This document shows positions 49,375 to 62,971 of a stretch of DNA of 64,000 nt, piece by piece. Position numbers and translations under genes: made by a program. Every line of letters starts with the position of its first letter. Positions within the stretch are counted from its first letter, which is position 1. The notes beneath the pieces are model-generated. The model was not told where the DNA came from and made no database searches. It worked only from the letters and a program-made list of their open reading frames with translations. Source of the stretch: Octopus bimaculoides (lineage: Eukaryota); NCBI RefSeq assembly GCF_001194135.2, contig NC_068981.1:146303929-146367928 (forward strand), in the 5' to 3' direction.

Positions 49375-49522
49375 TTTCACGGATTTTTACAGTGATGGAT
49401 TGGATCTGAAGTCTTCGAATTAGCTTTCTCCTTTCTGGTTTTGAGAAGCCCAATTTCTCGAGATTGGGATTTAGGCAGTGTGTTAACAGATCCCAGGGCC
49501 CCAATAATTACAGGTATAAACT
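49375..49522 (-). mobile_element. RLE family 1 extreme 3' fragment
   Basis: YKFIPVIIGALGSV and QIQSITVKI match the C-terminus seen at 7830-8010. Confidence 0.7.
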
Positions 49523-50139
49523 TGTATGTATGTATGTATGTATGTATGTATGTATGCAGGTCTGTGTTCTTCAAACGAGTATGTTGAGTCCACCTTTATT
49601 TACTCAAGACATGATTTGTTCCCGAGGGTTAATTCGGGATGATGGTGAGGACAGCTATACTAGCTTTCTTTACTACTTTTATATCACTTTGTTTCAGTAT
49701 TAAAATGAAGATATATGAAGGTATCTCTTGGGTATCAAAACTTAATTAGTTTCCATGTCTTTAAGATCAAATAACAAAAACCAATTTCGTTGTCGAGTTA
49801 CCATTTTCCGCAGGGAATAAAAAAAAAACTTCTAGCAATAAACTAGTTAATAATTAACGGATACACTTATCTTCCATTTGATCAACATTGCACTCTAAGA
49901 ATTCACCAAAAATTAATCCAACAGGGATATATGGTTAAAGACTTTCTAAAACACGGCATCTAATCTTCCCTTCAGATTGTGTGTCCAAAGCTGCAATAAT
50001 GTGTAGAGTAAGCCAAACGGTAGGATTTGATTTGAGGAAAGGTTTAGCTACTGTTTACAACAGGTCAAGCTAGTACGTTGTGGTCTCGAGACAGGCTTGC
50101 TTGTTATGAATCTTAATGACCGAATCAGTATTATTTCCC

Positions 50140-50190
50140 GTATCTACCAACAAACAAACATTCTTTTCCCCTTCCTCTCTTGTTTCTCTT

Positions 50191-50222
<32 letters not shown>

Positions 50223-50540
50223 CATCTCTCTCTCGCCGTGTTTCTGTCCCCCTTTTTTTCTTTGCTGTCTATTTATCCTTATATACTTTCTTCTTTTTAT
50301 TACCTTCTATTTTTACTTCATCTTTCCTTCTTTTTCTTTTTGACTTTCCTCTTATCTTTTCCGTCTTTCTAATTTTCTATTTGTTTATTTCTCATTTTAT
50401 TCATCTTACACTGTTGTCTTCTGCCCCCCCTTCCCCTCCCCTCTCCCACTACTCCTCTCTTTCTACTCTCCCTCTCTCTACTTCCCTTCTGTCTCTATCC
50501 TCCTCTCTCTACTCCCCTCTCTTTCTCTTTCTTTGTTTTT
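50140..50540. repeat. Pyrimidine-rich (CT) low-complexity tract
   Basis: Direct reading. Confidence 0.85.
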
Positions 50541-50814
50541 AATTCATCGTTGTGAGATATTTATTCATGACTTGATAGCCACATAACAACTAGATGTGTA
50601 TAAACTCTTCGTTAACACCTATAAGTCAAACACCACGAAATTATGACGTGACTAGAATGCTGCAGCTTCGTCATGTATTCAAAATACACAGACGATATTG
50701 ATTAGTCAACATTCGGTTAATAATATATATCTTCTGACATTACAACTATTGCTGTTTCGAAATTCTTCCATGTTAAAGATTTGCTCAGCTTTACTCTCAA
50801 TATAACACTATTTC

Positions 50815-51410
50815 AAGGCAGCGAGCTGGCAGAATCGTTAGTACACCGGGGAAAGTATTTATCGGTATTTCGTCCGTCTGTATGTTCTGAATTTGTGGAG
50901 GCGCAATGGCCCAGTGGTTAGGGCAGCGGTTTAGCGGTCATAGGATTCCCAGACCGGGCGTTGTGAGTGTTTATTGAGCAAAAACACCTAAAGCTCCACG
51001 AGGCTCAGGCAGGGGATGGTGGTGAACCCTGCTGTACTCTTCCACCACAACTTTCTCTCACTCTTTCTTCCTGTTTCTGTTGTACCTGTAATTCAAAGGG
51101 CCAGCCTTGTCACACTGTGTCACGCTGAATATCCCCGAGAACTACGTTAAGGGTACACGTGTCTGTGGAGTGCTCAGCCACTTGCACGTTAATTTCATGA
51201 GCACGCTGTTCCGTTGATCGGATCAACTGGAACCCTCATCGTCGTAACCTATGTAGTGCCACGATATATACATACATACATAGTAGACTTTGCTTTTCAT
51301 CATTTCGAGGTCGATAAAATAAGCACCAATTGAGCACTGGGGTCGTTGTAATCGACTTGCTCCTTCCCTTGAAATTGCTGGCCTTGTGCCAAACTTTGAA
51401 ACCAATATTA
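50815..51410 (+). mobile_element. SINE family C (50815-50895 plus 51284-51410) interrupted by SINE D
   Basis: Head aaggcagcgagctggcagaatcg; tail gactttgcttttcatcatttcgaggtcgataaaa..gaaattgctggccttgtgcc. Confidence 0.82.
50896..51260 (+). mobile_element. SINE family D with a small deletion in the tRNA-like head
   Basis: tggaggcgcaatggcccagtggttagggcagcgg..gatcggatcaactggaaccctc; highly similar to 22942-23320. Confidence 0.9.
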
Positions 51411-52994
51411 CACTTTTTCGAGTTAGATGGGGGTCACGTGGTCTACTATTTGTTTCAATAAAAAATATCAAAAAAGGAACGACATACTCAGCAATATTGT
51501 CCGGGATATACAAATATACGGGATAATCAAAGATGGAAAACATTTTATCATAGGCCTGTTCAATTTCAGTTGCTCTGGAGCCAAACAACATAACATTATC
51601 TACAACTACAGATACGTTCGCTGAACTAATGACTTGTAGGGACACAATACTTCGTTATGCAACCATAACATACTACAAACTATATTAAACTATTAAACGT
51701 TTTTATAAGCCAATACAGTGTTCTATTGTGTTAACAGTGCTCTTAAATCATGTATTAAGTTCATCTCCTCAGATTTTCCATACAAATTATAGCCAGCACT
51801 GATTTTATTACGACATTTCGTATCCAAGAAGTCTGATGTAAACAGAGATGGAAGATGAAAAATGGGCAATGGACGTTTAATATATTTTGTAGTATATTAC
51901 GGTTGCATAGCGTGTCCATACAAGTCATTAATATTTACATACCAACTTCCAGGAATGTGTTTAATATGTGAATTGGTATATCCAATAATGTTACACCGCT
52001 ATATAAGGGTGAGACACATGTTATTCTGTCTCTAAATTATATGTTAATTATTTTGGCGTAGCCACTGATGAGAACATCGCATAGCAAATTATTTTATTTG
52101 CTAATTAGAGTTCAAAATCTAGATATGGCTGTAAAAAAGAAGGTAAAAGTTTTTTATTTTTCATTCCCTTCCAAATTGTTCTTAAATGTGGTTATGGACG
52201 TTTCGACTGCTCCTTCTAGTATGTAAGGCTGCCTATTAAGGGTCGCCTCTTTCGTGTTTGAATGTGCACTAATTTTATATAGAAAATATGTCGTCTATTG
52301 ACTTTGTATACATGCTAGACCAATGGTAATGAAATTTCCAAAATTTTTGCTACTCTATCTTTATGTATATATATATATATATATATACANNNNNNNNNNN
52401 NNNNNNNNNNNNNNNNNNNNNNNNNNNNNNNNNNNNNNNNNNNNNNNNNNNNNNNNNNNNNNNNNNNNNNNNNNNNNNNNNNNNNNNNNNNNNNNNNNNN
52501 NNNNNNNNNNNNNNNNNNNNNNNNNNNNNNNNNNNNNNNNNNNNNNNNNNNNNNNNNNNNNNNNNNNNNNNNNNNNNNNNNNNNNNNNNNNNNNNNNNNN
52601 NNNNNNNNNNNNNNNNNNNNNNNNNNNNNNNNNNNNNNNNNNNNNNNNNNNNNNNNNNNNNNNNNNNNNNNNNNNNNNNNNNNNNNNNNNNNNNNNNNNN
52701 NNNNNNNNNNNNNNNNNNNNNNNNNNNNNNNNNNNNNNNNNNNNNNNNNNNNNNNNNNNNNNNNNNNNNNNNNNNNNNNNNNNNNNNNNNNNNNNNNNNN
52801 NNNNNNNNNNNNNNNNNNNNNNNNNNNNNNNNNNNNNNNNNNNNNNNNNNNNNNNNNNNNNNNNNNNNNNNNNNNNNNNNNNNNNNNNNNNNNNNNNNNN
52901 NNNNNNNNNNNNNNNNNNNNNNNNNNNNNNNNNNNNNNNNNNNNNNNNNNNNNNNNNNNNNNNNNNNNNNNNNNNNNNNNNNNNNNNNNNNNNN

Positions 52995-53057
<63 letters not shown>

Positions 53058-53060
53058 TAT

Positions 53061-53101
<41 letters not shown>

Positions 53102-53429
53102 AAAAGAGACAGAAAAACAGAGACAGACAGATAAACAGATATAGATATATAGATTATATGCATACATAAGCATATATTCATAACTATTTATACACATATA
53201 CATACATACATCTATTTATAATACGCATGCACAGATGCATGTATGCATACACCGATATATGCATAAGGACATATATATGTATATATATGCATACATATAC
53301 ACATATAGAAAATAAACATTAAAAGATATATATATATATATATGTGGGGGGGGTGTATGTATGTATGTATGTATGCATGCATGTATGTATTATGTTTGTA
53401 TGTATGTTTTTTCTTTGAGTTTAATTTAA

Positions 53430-53690
53430 GTTCTTCTTGAGAGAGTTCCAGTCGGTGTTGCTAACAAAACAACAAGACTTCATTTGTAAATATGTGGTTG
53501 ATTTGGTGTGCTGGTTGAACTGTCGATGCATACACCCAAGTGTGTGCTTCTATTCACATAAGAATCTCACATGAAGAATTTCCGGAATGTCTTACAAATC
53601 TTCACCGTGCTACGAATAGATTGAATTGGAGAATCCCCGTCAGATTCTTCAGCTCGTATAGATCGCTCGTACTTTATTTTGTACAAATGC
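53430..53690 (-). mobile_element. RLE family 1 3' end with UTR
   Basis: PIQSIRSTVKICKTFRKF* matches QIQSISETVKICKTF at about 7960-8005. Confidence 0.7.
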
Positions 53691-53723
53691 GTGTGTACTT
53701 GCTTGTGTGCATGTATGTGAAGA

Positions 53724-53765
<42 letters not shown>

Positions 53766-55155
53766 NNNNNNNNNNNNNNNNNNNNNNNNNNNNNNNNNNN
53801 NNNNNNNNNNNNNNNNNNNNNNNNNNNNNNNNNNNNNNNNNNNNNNNNNNNNNNNNNNNNNNNNNNNNNNNNNNNNNNNNNNNNNNNNNNNNNNNNNNNN
53901 NNNNNNNNNNNNNNNNNNNNNNNNNNNNNNNNNNNNNNNNNNNNNNNNNNNNNNNNNNNNNNNNNNNNNNNNNNNNNNNNNNNNNNNNNNNNNNNNNNNN
54001 NNNNNNNNNNNNNNNNNNNNNNNNNNNNNNNNNNNNNNNNNNNNNNNNNNNNNNNNNNNNNNNNNNNNNNNNNNNNNNNNNNNNNNNNNNNNNNNNNNNN
54101 NNNNNNNNNNNNNNNNNNNNNNNNNNNNNNNNNNNNNNNNNNNNNNNNNNNNNNNNNNNNNNNNNNNNNNNNNNNNNNNNNNNNNNNNNNNNNNNNNNNN
54201 NNNNNNNNNNNNNNNNNNNNNNNNNNNNNNNNNNNNNNNNNNNNNNNNNNACACACACACACACACACACACATCTAAAGACAGAGACAGACACTCACAG
54301 GGAGAGAGATAGGTTTCAGGTGTGCGTTAATGTATGTGTGTATGTCTTAGTTTATGTTTGTGACTCCCCCCGCCGCCAACAGTGAAATGCGTCGATATTG
54401 AAAGCTTACTTTCAAGTATTACCAACACGAATATTTGGCTGATTTAACATCACTCACAATACTCGCAAATATATCTGAAAAAAAAATGTTATTCTGGTTA
54501 TCATAACAAATTCGGAAACTTGGCGAAGAAGAAAGCCTCAGCGGCTCTTTCAATATAATTACAGAAATGTTATTCCACTCCTTCTAACCAGTTTCAAGAT
54601 AATGCTTTTTTTTAGCAGTTCTTGTATTTCTCCTATGCTTCTTCATCACTGTGAGTATCAACGCCACACAACCTTTTTACTGCGTTTGTTAGTATTTATT
54701 CTACAGCCTATACCGTTACACAGTTAAAAAATATATAGCAATGTCAAATTAATTTATATCTTGCTACATGTATCCTTCAGCAAATATTTTAAATTAACGT
54801 TCACAACAACAGCATCTTCCTTTCTATACACTTCGTTCAGCATTCGTTTTAAAATTGTAAAATAAATTATTTTTGTATGAAAAATTGAATTATGCCTTCT
54901 GAATTTTGTTGGACTTACACTTTCTTCACCATGATATTCATTCAATAGTGAATTTTATAACATTTCGTACATGTTCCAAATAAATATTAACTTTCTGTAC
55001 TTTCTTACATTGGTAACGCATAATAACTTTTTTTCTATAGCATAACTATGCTACAGAAAGTATGTTTTGCAGCTATATTGACTACATTTAGTAACTTTTG
55101 CTAAATTGGTGACTTGCAATTTTTTTTGCATGTATGTGTAAGTGGCACTCACTCG

Positions 55156-55295
<140 letters not shown>

Positions 55296-55324
55296 CACAC
55301 ACACATGATCTTTCATATACACAC

Positions 55325-55542
55325 ACATATGGGCGAAATATACACAAGGCCAGAAATTTTGGGGGAGGAGATCAGTCAATTAGATCGACCCCAGTACGCA
55401 ACTGGTACTTAATTTATCGACCCTGAAAGGATGAAAGGCAAAGTCGACCTTGGCGGAATTTGAACTCAGAACGTAAATCACACGAAATACTGCTAAGCAT
55501 TTCGCCCAGCATGCTAATGTTTTTGCCAACTCGCCGCCTTCA
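55325..55542 (-). mobile_element. SINE family C
   Basis: ccctgaaaggatgaaaggcaaagtcgaccttggcggaatttgaactcagaacg..aactcgccgcctt. Confidence 0.9.
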
Positions 55543-55694
55543 TGTTTTGCACCTGTATTGACTACATTTCGTTTCGCTTGAACTTCGTGTGTGCGTTTTG
55601 TTGTTTTAAATATTATCAATTGCATCAGTGTGTCTGTGTGTCTCTGCTTTCGTTATGTCTATAGTAAATTATCGTAAAGAACATTTTACGTTGT

Positions 55695-55990
55695 TTTAAT
55701 GAGCCTACATCTAATAAAGTAGCCATCCTTACGGTGGGTGATCCCTATGAAAATCATGATATTCTCATTCGTGTTCGAGATAACAACCTTAGACGTTTTT
55801 CACAGACACATCTCTCTTATGATGCTCTCCAGTATACTCTTATTCTGTAGAATGTACAAGAAGTTTATCATTTTAATATTCCATGGATTGGACCTGCAAC
55901 AGGATAGCCAATTACAAACAAAAAGGTGTCGTCAAATGACTTCTATACTTACCAACTGATGTTAAGACCAGAACAATCAAATCAATTACA
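55695..55990 (+). mobile_element. Helitron Rep-region coding fragment (decayed)
   Basis: Single frame: FNEPTSNKVAILTVGDPYENHDILIRVRDNNLRRFSQTHLSYDALQYTLIL*NVQEVYHFNIPWIGPATG*PITNKKVSSNDFYTYQLMLR, matching the Helitron pattern YN.PT..EVA..RDI..L.RI..H.SYD.LQYPL.F..G..G.H..FY.YRLM.R. Confidence 0.85.
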
Positions 55991-56084
55991 CGTCAAATAA
56001 ACTTTATTTTCATTTACAGATTTTCTACGTTATCTCAACAACCAGTCGCCATGTTTGGCCGCTGAATCCACAAGTTTTTTTTTA

Positions 56085-56225
56085 TTCTCTCTGTTTATTT
56101 TCTCGTATTCCTTTCTGCTGAAGAGCGTAGGTTCGGAACCTAAAAGACTTTCTCACTTTCCCGAGCATGAAACTAATACACCTGCTTGTTCATACACCTG
56201 TCTTCGTCTTTTGTTTTTTTTGTAA
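56085..56225 (+). mobile_element. Third copy of the 20340/40270 family; decayed hammerhead-like motif at 56111-56146
   Basis: ctttctgctgaagagcgtaggttcggaacctaaaagactttctc..cccgagc..aactaatac..acacctgtcttcgtc. Confidence 0.7.
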
Positions 56226-56680
56226 ATTTCAACAATATATATATATATATGTATGTATGTATGTATATATANNNNNNNNNNNNNNNNNNNNNNNNNNNNN
56301 NNNNNNNNNNNNNNNNNNNNNNNNNNNNNNNNNNNNNNNNNNNNNNNNNNNNNNNNNNNNNNNNNNNNNNNNNNNNNNNNNNNNNNNNNNNNNNNNNNNN
56401 NNNNNNNNNNNNNNNNNNNNNNNNNNNNNNNNNNNNNNNNNNNNNNNNNNNNNNNNNNNNNNNNNNNNNNNNNNNNNNNNNNNNNNNNNNNNNNNNNNNN
56501 NNNNNNNNNNNNNNNNNNNNNNNNNNNNNNNNNNNNNNNNNNNNNNNNNNNNNNNNNNNNNNNNNNNNNNNNNNNNNNNNNNNNNNNNNNNNNNNNNNNN
56601 NNNNNNNNNNNNNNNNNNNNNNNNNNNNNNNNNNNNNNNNNNNNNNNNNNNNNNNNNNNNNNNNNNNNNNNNNNNNNNNN

Positions 56681-56738
<58 letters not shown>

Positions 56739-57399
56739 TAAATATATATATATATGAGCGAGTATGTTCTATAAGTTCATTTTATTTTAATCTGTAATAC
56801 GTAGATATGTAGAGCGCTAGTCATGATATGTTTCATATATATAATTCTATTAACTTTAATTAGTTTTACAACATGCGAAATTGTTTTCATTAGATTTGAA
56901 ATGCTTTCATTAAGGTATCGTTTGAAAGCCATTCTTCGTACGTTCCATACATTTTGCAATGAATTCATTTTATTCAGCGAATATATATTACATAGATGTG
57001 TGTGTGTGTGTAACAGTATATGTATATGTATATATGTATATGTATATATGTATATGTATATATGTATATGTATATATGTATATGTATATATGTATATATA
57101 TGTATATTGGCAAACATTCATAATTATATGAATTATATGCAATTTCATAATCATTTGTTCATGAAAAATTAAATCCAATTACTAATATTCAATTTTAAAT
57201 ATTTAAGGAACTGAATATATCTTTATGTTACATACGCGTTGGATAAACTTCCATTTTTCAGTGTACCATACTTTTAGCGAAATAATAAGTTACTTCTCCT
57301 ACAATTTCGGTGTAGAACAAAACGAATAACAAAATACAGACGCAAATATACAACGAAGCCGAATACCGGAAACGTCGTTGTATGAAAGGAAACGAATCC

Positions 57400-59490
57400 A
57401 GCATACACTGAAAACGCATGGCAGACAATACAATGACAAGATAAGAACAGAATATCAATGGCTAATATACGAGCACATGAAATTACAGATGAAACATTAC
57501 AGCGGAAAAAAAAAGAAACAGAAGAGTGCCTCGAAAAAATGTGAACTTTTCTGCATACACTTCGGACACATCTAAGAATGGCGGTGCAGTGGCTTCTTTA
57601 AATAGAACAAGGATGAATATGGAAACTATTTCAAAACAAACAGTTGAGGAATCGGAAAAAACTGGAATAAAACTATGATTGAATGATGAATTCTAAATAT
57701 TTCAAATATGGTGCAAATATATGGCCAAAGGTTTTCCAGTAGGCCAAAGATAGACCTGAAGTTCAATTAGTATTGTGTTAATGCACAATTTTTTAATACC
57801 ACCTGCTCTAGAACTAATCCCAAAATTGAAACAACTTGTAACTTTAACGTAACTTCAGATCTGAGACAATGGCTTACAACTCGGCTTTAACTTTCACATG
57901 ATCAGAGGAGCACTAAAGACGACAATTCAAATAGAAAAGCTACGTGTAACCATAACTTTTATCGTCGGTTGTTTTATCGATTAGTCCCCCCATCCCTGTT
58001 TCGTATGCTTAGAAAATCGGGGAACTTTTCAAATAAACATTCATGATACATAATATTAACTGGATTGGCGGATGCAAATACTAAGTATAATGAGTAATAA
58101 TGATGTTACAGGATAACGAGTTTGAAGTTCTATTGCAGGATAATTACCGAGGAATACTTTGATGCTGTTCCTAATCAATGATTTTCAATGGTTATTTCAG
58201 AAAATAAACGGGTTTCCAAATTTAGTATCTGAAGAGGCAGGTCTCCCGCAGTAAAATTTCCGTTAATTATTACAGAAACTAGCTTGAGCGCGTACAACCA
58301 GAACGATTTATCAGAATCTACTTCAAGCAATCAAAGTTATTTATCCAAATTACGACCCGCTGTAGTTACCATTGCTATTTCCATTTGTTGATATCAGATG
58401 GACACATTGTTCAAGATATAACATTGCAGAAAAAAAAGCAAATGAAAATTACACAAATGTATTACTACAAATCTAAGCTTATGGTACGTGAAAATGATTC
58501 CAGTTATGTCAACGAAACAAGTTGTTTGCTGAGAATATAATTGATTAGTGTTACGTTAGATGACAGTGAATGAAAAGGAAAAAAAACCTATAGTTGATTC
58601 CTATCAAACCATTTATGATCACATGGACTTCATTTGAATTGACGATCGTAGCAGAATAATCATACTGTTGAAATTTAGAGGGAATTCTAGATCAAGACGC
58701 CATGACAATTGTACAAAAGTTAGGAAACCCTGATTGTGTTATTAATTTTACGTGAATTTGAATTACAAAACAATTACACATTAATCGTATCCGGGTTAAA
58801 CAGTAACTGATAAACCCGAGTTAGCGAAGACTATATCTGACGATATATCAGGCGTCGAAAGTAGTGGGGTTTTAAGTAAATTGTTCATATCTTGAACGTA
58901 TATATCCCTTTTGGTGGATATATTTTAGATGAATATTAGCTATCATAAAACGTAATAACAGTGAAGACGGTCAACACCTGCTTTGATAAAAAAGGCTCCA
59001 ACTGATAGCAAACATACCACTAAAATCATACCAAGATCATTCAGAAGAGTAAAAGCAACAAACTGAATTATTCAACGACTTCAGACTTCGTGGAAATGGA
59101 AGTGAACCGGGAGAACAAATGGAGAAAGGAGAAATTACAATACCAGAAATATGTAACATCGTTCGTGATTTATTAGATCGCATTCCTTCAGTTTTTGTTA
59201 AAGATGTTATTTGGGATTGTATGACTAAAATGGGAAATATTTCCTAAAATGGTCGCTTAACAGCATAATGAATGACGAGATGTTGAAAAAGTTTCCAAGA
59301 GATTAAACGGTATTGTTTGGTCATAGAGGTTCAGCGCAGTCTGCCCCTTCTAAATTTATATCCAAATATTTAGATACTCAAAACGTGGCAGGCTTATCGT
59401 CATGTATGACGATATAGTCATTTTACTAAGGACTACTGACCGACCAATTATGGTGTGCAACGGTACACGTTTAGTTTCTTGGGGAATTAG
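57400..59490 (+). mobile_element. Internally deleted, decayed Helitron Rep-helicase
   Basis: Ordered peptides MAYNSALTFT (57869), QINIHDT, PNYDPL*LPLLFP..W (58345), MYYYKSKLMVRE, QDAMTIVQKLGNPDCVINFT (58693), TDKPEL, FNDFRLRGNG..EITIPEICNIVRDLLDRI, IVILLR..VCNGTRLV (59414-59476, Pif1-like). Confidence 0.82.
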
Positions 59491-59649
59491 GACAAGTCAA
59501 GAAGACTAAATCTCATAGTTCTCATCACAGGAAACTAGAGTTTATTCCAAAATCAGTCGATTTTCTAAGAGTAATTTATCAATCTCTGTTTAACTAACAA
59601 TATCACAAGGTTAGACATCTAAAAACATTAGGAACCAAGATTATAACAA

Positions 59650-60030
59650 AGCTAAAGAGTAAAGAGTAAAGAGTAAAGACTCCCTACAATCATGAATGAC
59701 CATGGGATTGCGCCTAGAAAGTTACTCTCCGAGGCACAAGTCTGGGAAAGGTTGCTAATGGAAGACCAGCAGTTTCCCATGCATACCAGCCTTCCCTCTT
59801 CACGACACTGATGTTATCCAATGGAAAACCAAAGGCCGATACAGCTTGGCACCAGTGACGTCGTAACTCTATTTTACAGCTGAGTGAACTGGAGCAATGT
59901 GAAATAAAGCGTCTTGCTCAAGAACACAACAGACAGCCCGGTTCGGGAATCGAACTCAGTACCTCATGATTGTGAGCCCGACGCTCTAACCACTGAACCT
60001 TCACATAAAACCACTGAACCGTGCGGCTTC
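59650..60030 (-). mobile_element. SINE family E (long version) with (TTTACTC)n tail
   Basis: Minus head cagtggttagagcgtcgggctcacaatcatgaggta..gttcgattcccgaacc; gagtaaa x3 at about 59657-59680. Confidence 0.85.
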
Positions 60031-60547
60031 ACGTAAAACAAATATAAGTGCAAAATAAAATGAGTGTACAATATACAAGAAGAAACCATAAAAAGAGAAT
60101 CTTAGAACAAAAGAGGAAACTGGCAACGAAACACACTCTATAATCAGTAAATAATCTATTTATCGGAATTCCGCTGTCACTGCCAACATGTTATCTTGAA
60201 GATAGCATGTTAGCACTAATATGAATATATATGTTGGTGTATACGTATATATATGTATATGTATGTATACATACATAAAGATACTTATATAGACACACAC
60301 AGACTCTCACTGTCTCTCTCTCACACACACTCATATATTTATATAAGCATGCGAGTATGCATCTATTATTATGCATGTATTACGCATATGCTTTTATGCG
60401 AGTAGGGAAGTTAGAAAGAAAATGTGTCAAGCCCTAATTCAAGCTATATGTGATGTTGTTTTAGTGCGAATATCTATGACTGCAGTGCGTAGTTGCCTTC
60501 ATTCTTTGACAAGAATTCTTCATTTTTCGGCTTATTTCAATCAATTT

Positions 60548-60602
<55 letters not shown>

Positions 60603-60911
60603 TTTGAGAGAGAAAGAGAAAGAGAAAGATATTAAGAGAGATGCAGAGAGAAACAGAGGTAGCTAACACACACTCGCATACACACGCAAACACTCGCGCA
60701 CTTTCTTTCTCTCGCACGCGGACACACGCGCGTGCATACTCTCTGAGAACAGAAACTTTAAACTCAAAATGGCGGTGGACTAAGCCCTCCCGTCTAATAT
60801 ATTCTAATATATGAATATACTCTCATATATTTCACGTATTTTTTGTTCAATGAGTTTCCAAAAAAACTGTTAGGAAAATAGAACGGTACAAACAAATAGA
60901 CACTCGCCTGA

Positions 60912-60976
60912 TACTCTCTGAGAGCTACTCTCTGAGAGCTACTCTCTGAGAGCTACTCTCTGAGAGCTACTCTCTG
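60912..60976. repeat. 14-bp tandem repeat (tactctctgagagc) x4.6
   Basis: Four perfect units plus a partial one; each unit contains the inverted motif ctctc-t-gagag. Confidence 0.92.
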
Positions 60977-61019
60977 GAAGGCTTGGAGCACACCCAAAGC
61001 ATGTACGGTTTTAGGGCTA

Positions 61020-61330
61020 TGTAATCTTGCCTGCTCGTCAAGGTTCTAGCAAACCGAGCGAAATTTCTTGAACCATGTGGTTATTGCAGTGGGATCAACT
61101 GCACCTTCACATTTTACGCAACAAATGTTTTTGGTTGCTTCCGTGACATTATGGCCCAGTTCGAAATCGTACAGCTTAAGTTCCCGAATTAGACTATGTT
61201 GCACGATCATCTGAGCTGTTTTCAAATCACACATGGAGTGAAACAATGCACAACGTGTGAGCAAGTCAACTACCACGATACTTCCAGCCTCAGCTGGTAT
61301 CTACCACGGCTCGAACTGCTTCGGTCACAT
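61020..61330 (-). mobile_element. Mariner transposase N-terminal (HTH) fragment, different subfamily from 1935-3726
   Basis: IRELKLYDFELGHNVTEATKNICCVKCEGAVDPTAITTWFKKFRSVC*NLDEQAR. Confidence 0.82.
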
Positions 61331-62551
61331 CATATACTCGCCGCAAACTAACACGAATGCTAATATTGCAAAACTATTGATTCGCCTTTGTATAACGAGG
61401 CAAAAGCAATGTAGTAGATCCTTCATCTCTCAAAACTATTGAAATTTTAAATACGTGTAGGAATTCTTCTAAAAAGTACGTAAAATTACTGGAGAACGGA
61501 AACTTACATATTCACTCGTTACATTAACTCTTAAAGTCTCTGATTATTTTTTATCGAACAATGCATCTTTGCCTCATAGTCAAGACACCATCTACTAAAG
61601 GTAAGTTCATTTTCAGGACCAATTCAAAACTTTGGTTCTCAGCAGTTTATTCCTAGAAATGTGTAAAGGGCAATAAAGTGGAACTCAACAGATAATTTTG
61701 CAATGTTTTAAGAAAATGACGAACCGTACAAAATTTATTGTGATCTTTACTAAAACCGCTTTATATACTAAGATGACAATCTCGCCGGTCAGCATTGCTT
61801 TTCATCCTTTCAGGAGTTGATAAAATAATTTCCAATCATTTCTTGCAAGTCGAGTGACTACAAATACCTTTTTTCAGTAGCTCTTGTAATTTGTTGCTGT
61901 TCAAACCTATGCTCAAAGGCGCTATATTCACGACCAAATCATTCTTTATTCACGCATAGGACTATCTTAACTACAGAGTACGATCTGAGAAATATTGTCT
62001 GCTATTTCTGAGAGGTCAAATGAGGTCAAATGACCTCATACAGACTCTGTCAGCGGCTCGTTTTGTAATTAATTAATTCAGTTTGTGTTACAGCAACACT
62101 GTGAATACACTTATAACATCAAGCGTGTTAATTAATCAATATTACTTTATACGAGATCATCTAAGACTTTCATTCTTCCGCAGAGAAAATAATGTACCAG
62201 TCAAGTAATGAGATCGATGTACCCTTCCCTAAAATGAAAGGCTTTGTACTTACGTTACAAGCATTGCTGAGTGTTTAATGTCTCTTGTGTATTCTTTTTT
62301 AACTTTAAGACTATCTGTTGCATCATCATAGCAATATAATGTTGCTGTTACATCATTAGGCCTTATTCATTTATTTTCATCTTTGTTCTGAACATTTGAT
62401 ACTTTATCTTTTAAGACCCAGTCTCAACTTCTACATATTTACTTCCTCGGTAATCAAGTTCATTAAGTATGTGTATGTGTGTGCATCAATCTATGATACA
62501 CACATATGTATGTATATAGAGAGATAGAGAGATAGAGAGAGAGAGAAAAAA

Positions 62552-62612
<61 letters not shown>

Positions 62613-62971
62613 TAGATAGATAGATAGATAGATAGGTAGANNNNNNNNNNNNNNNNNNNNNNNNNNNNNNNNNNNNNNNNNNNNNNNNNNNNNNNNNNNN
62701 NNNNNNNNNNNNNNNNNNNNNNNNNNNNNNNNNNNNNNNNNNNNNNNNNNNNNNNNNNNNNNNNNNNNNNNNNNNNNNNNNNNNNNNNNNNNNNNNNNNN
62801 NNNNNNNNNNNNNNNNNNNNNNNNNNNNNNNNNNNNNNNNNNNNNNNNNNNNNNNNNNNNNNNAGAGAGAGAGAGAGAGAGAGAGAGAGATGGTTACATA
62901 TATGTAAACAATCAAAATTAATCTACTCCCATGTAGTTAATGAACTATTTTATAAATTTCGCTAGACTGTA

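Noticed and set aside
52190-52240. GTCGAAACGTCC half-motif on the minus strand
   Set aside because: No CUGANGA half; too degenerate to call
60766-60775. AAAATGGCGG YY1-like motif or strong ATG context beside a CpG-richer tract
   Set aside because: The ATG is followed by a stop after 4 codons, the CpGs come from degenerate CA/CG repeats, and a single 10-mer is weak evidence in 64 kb
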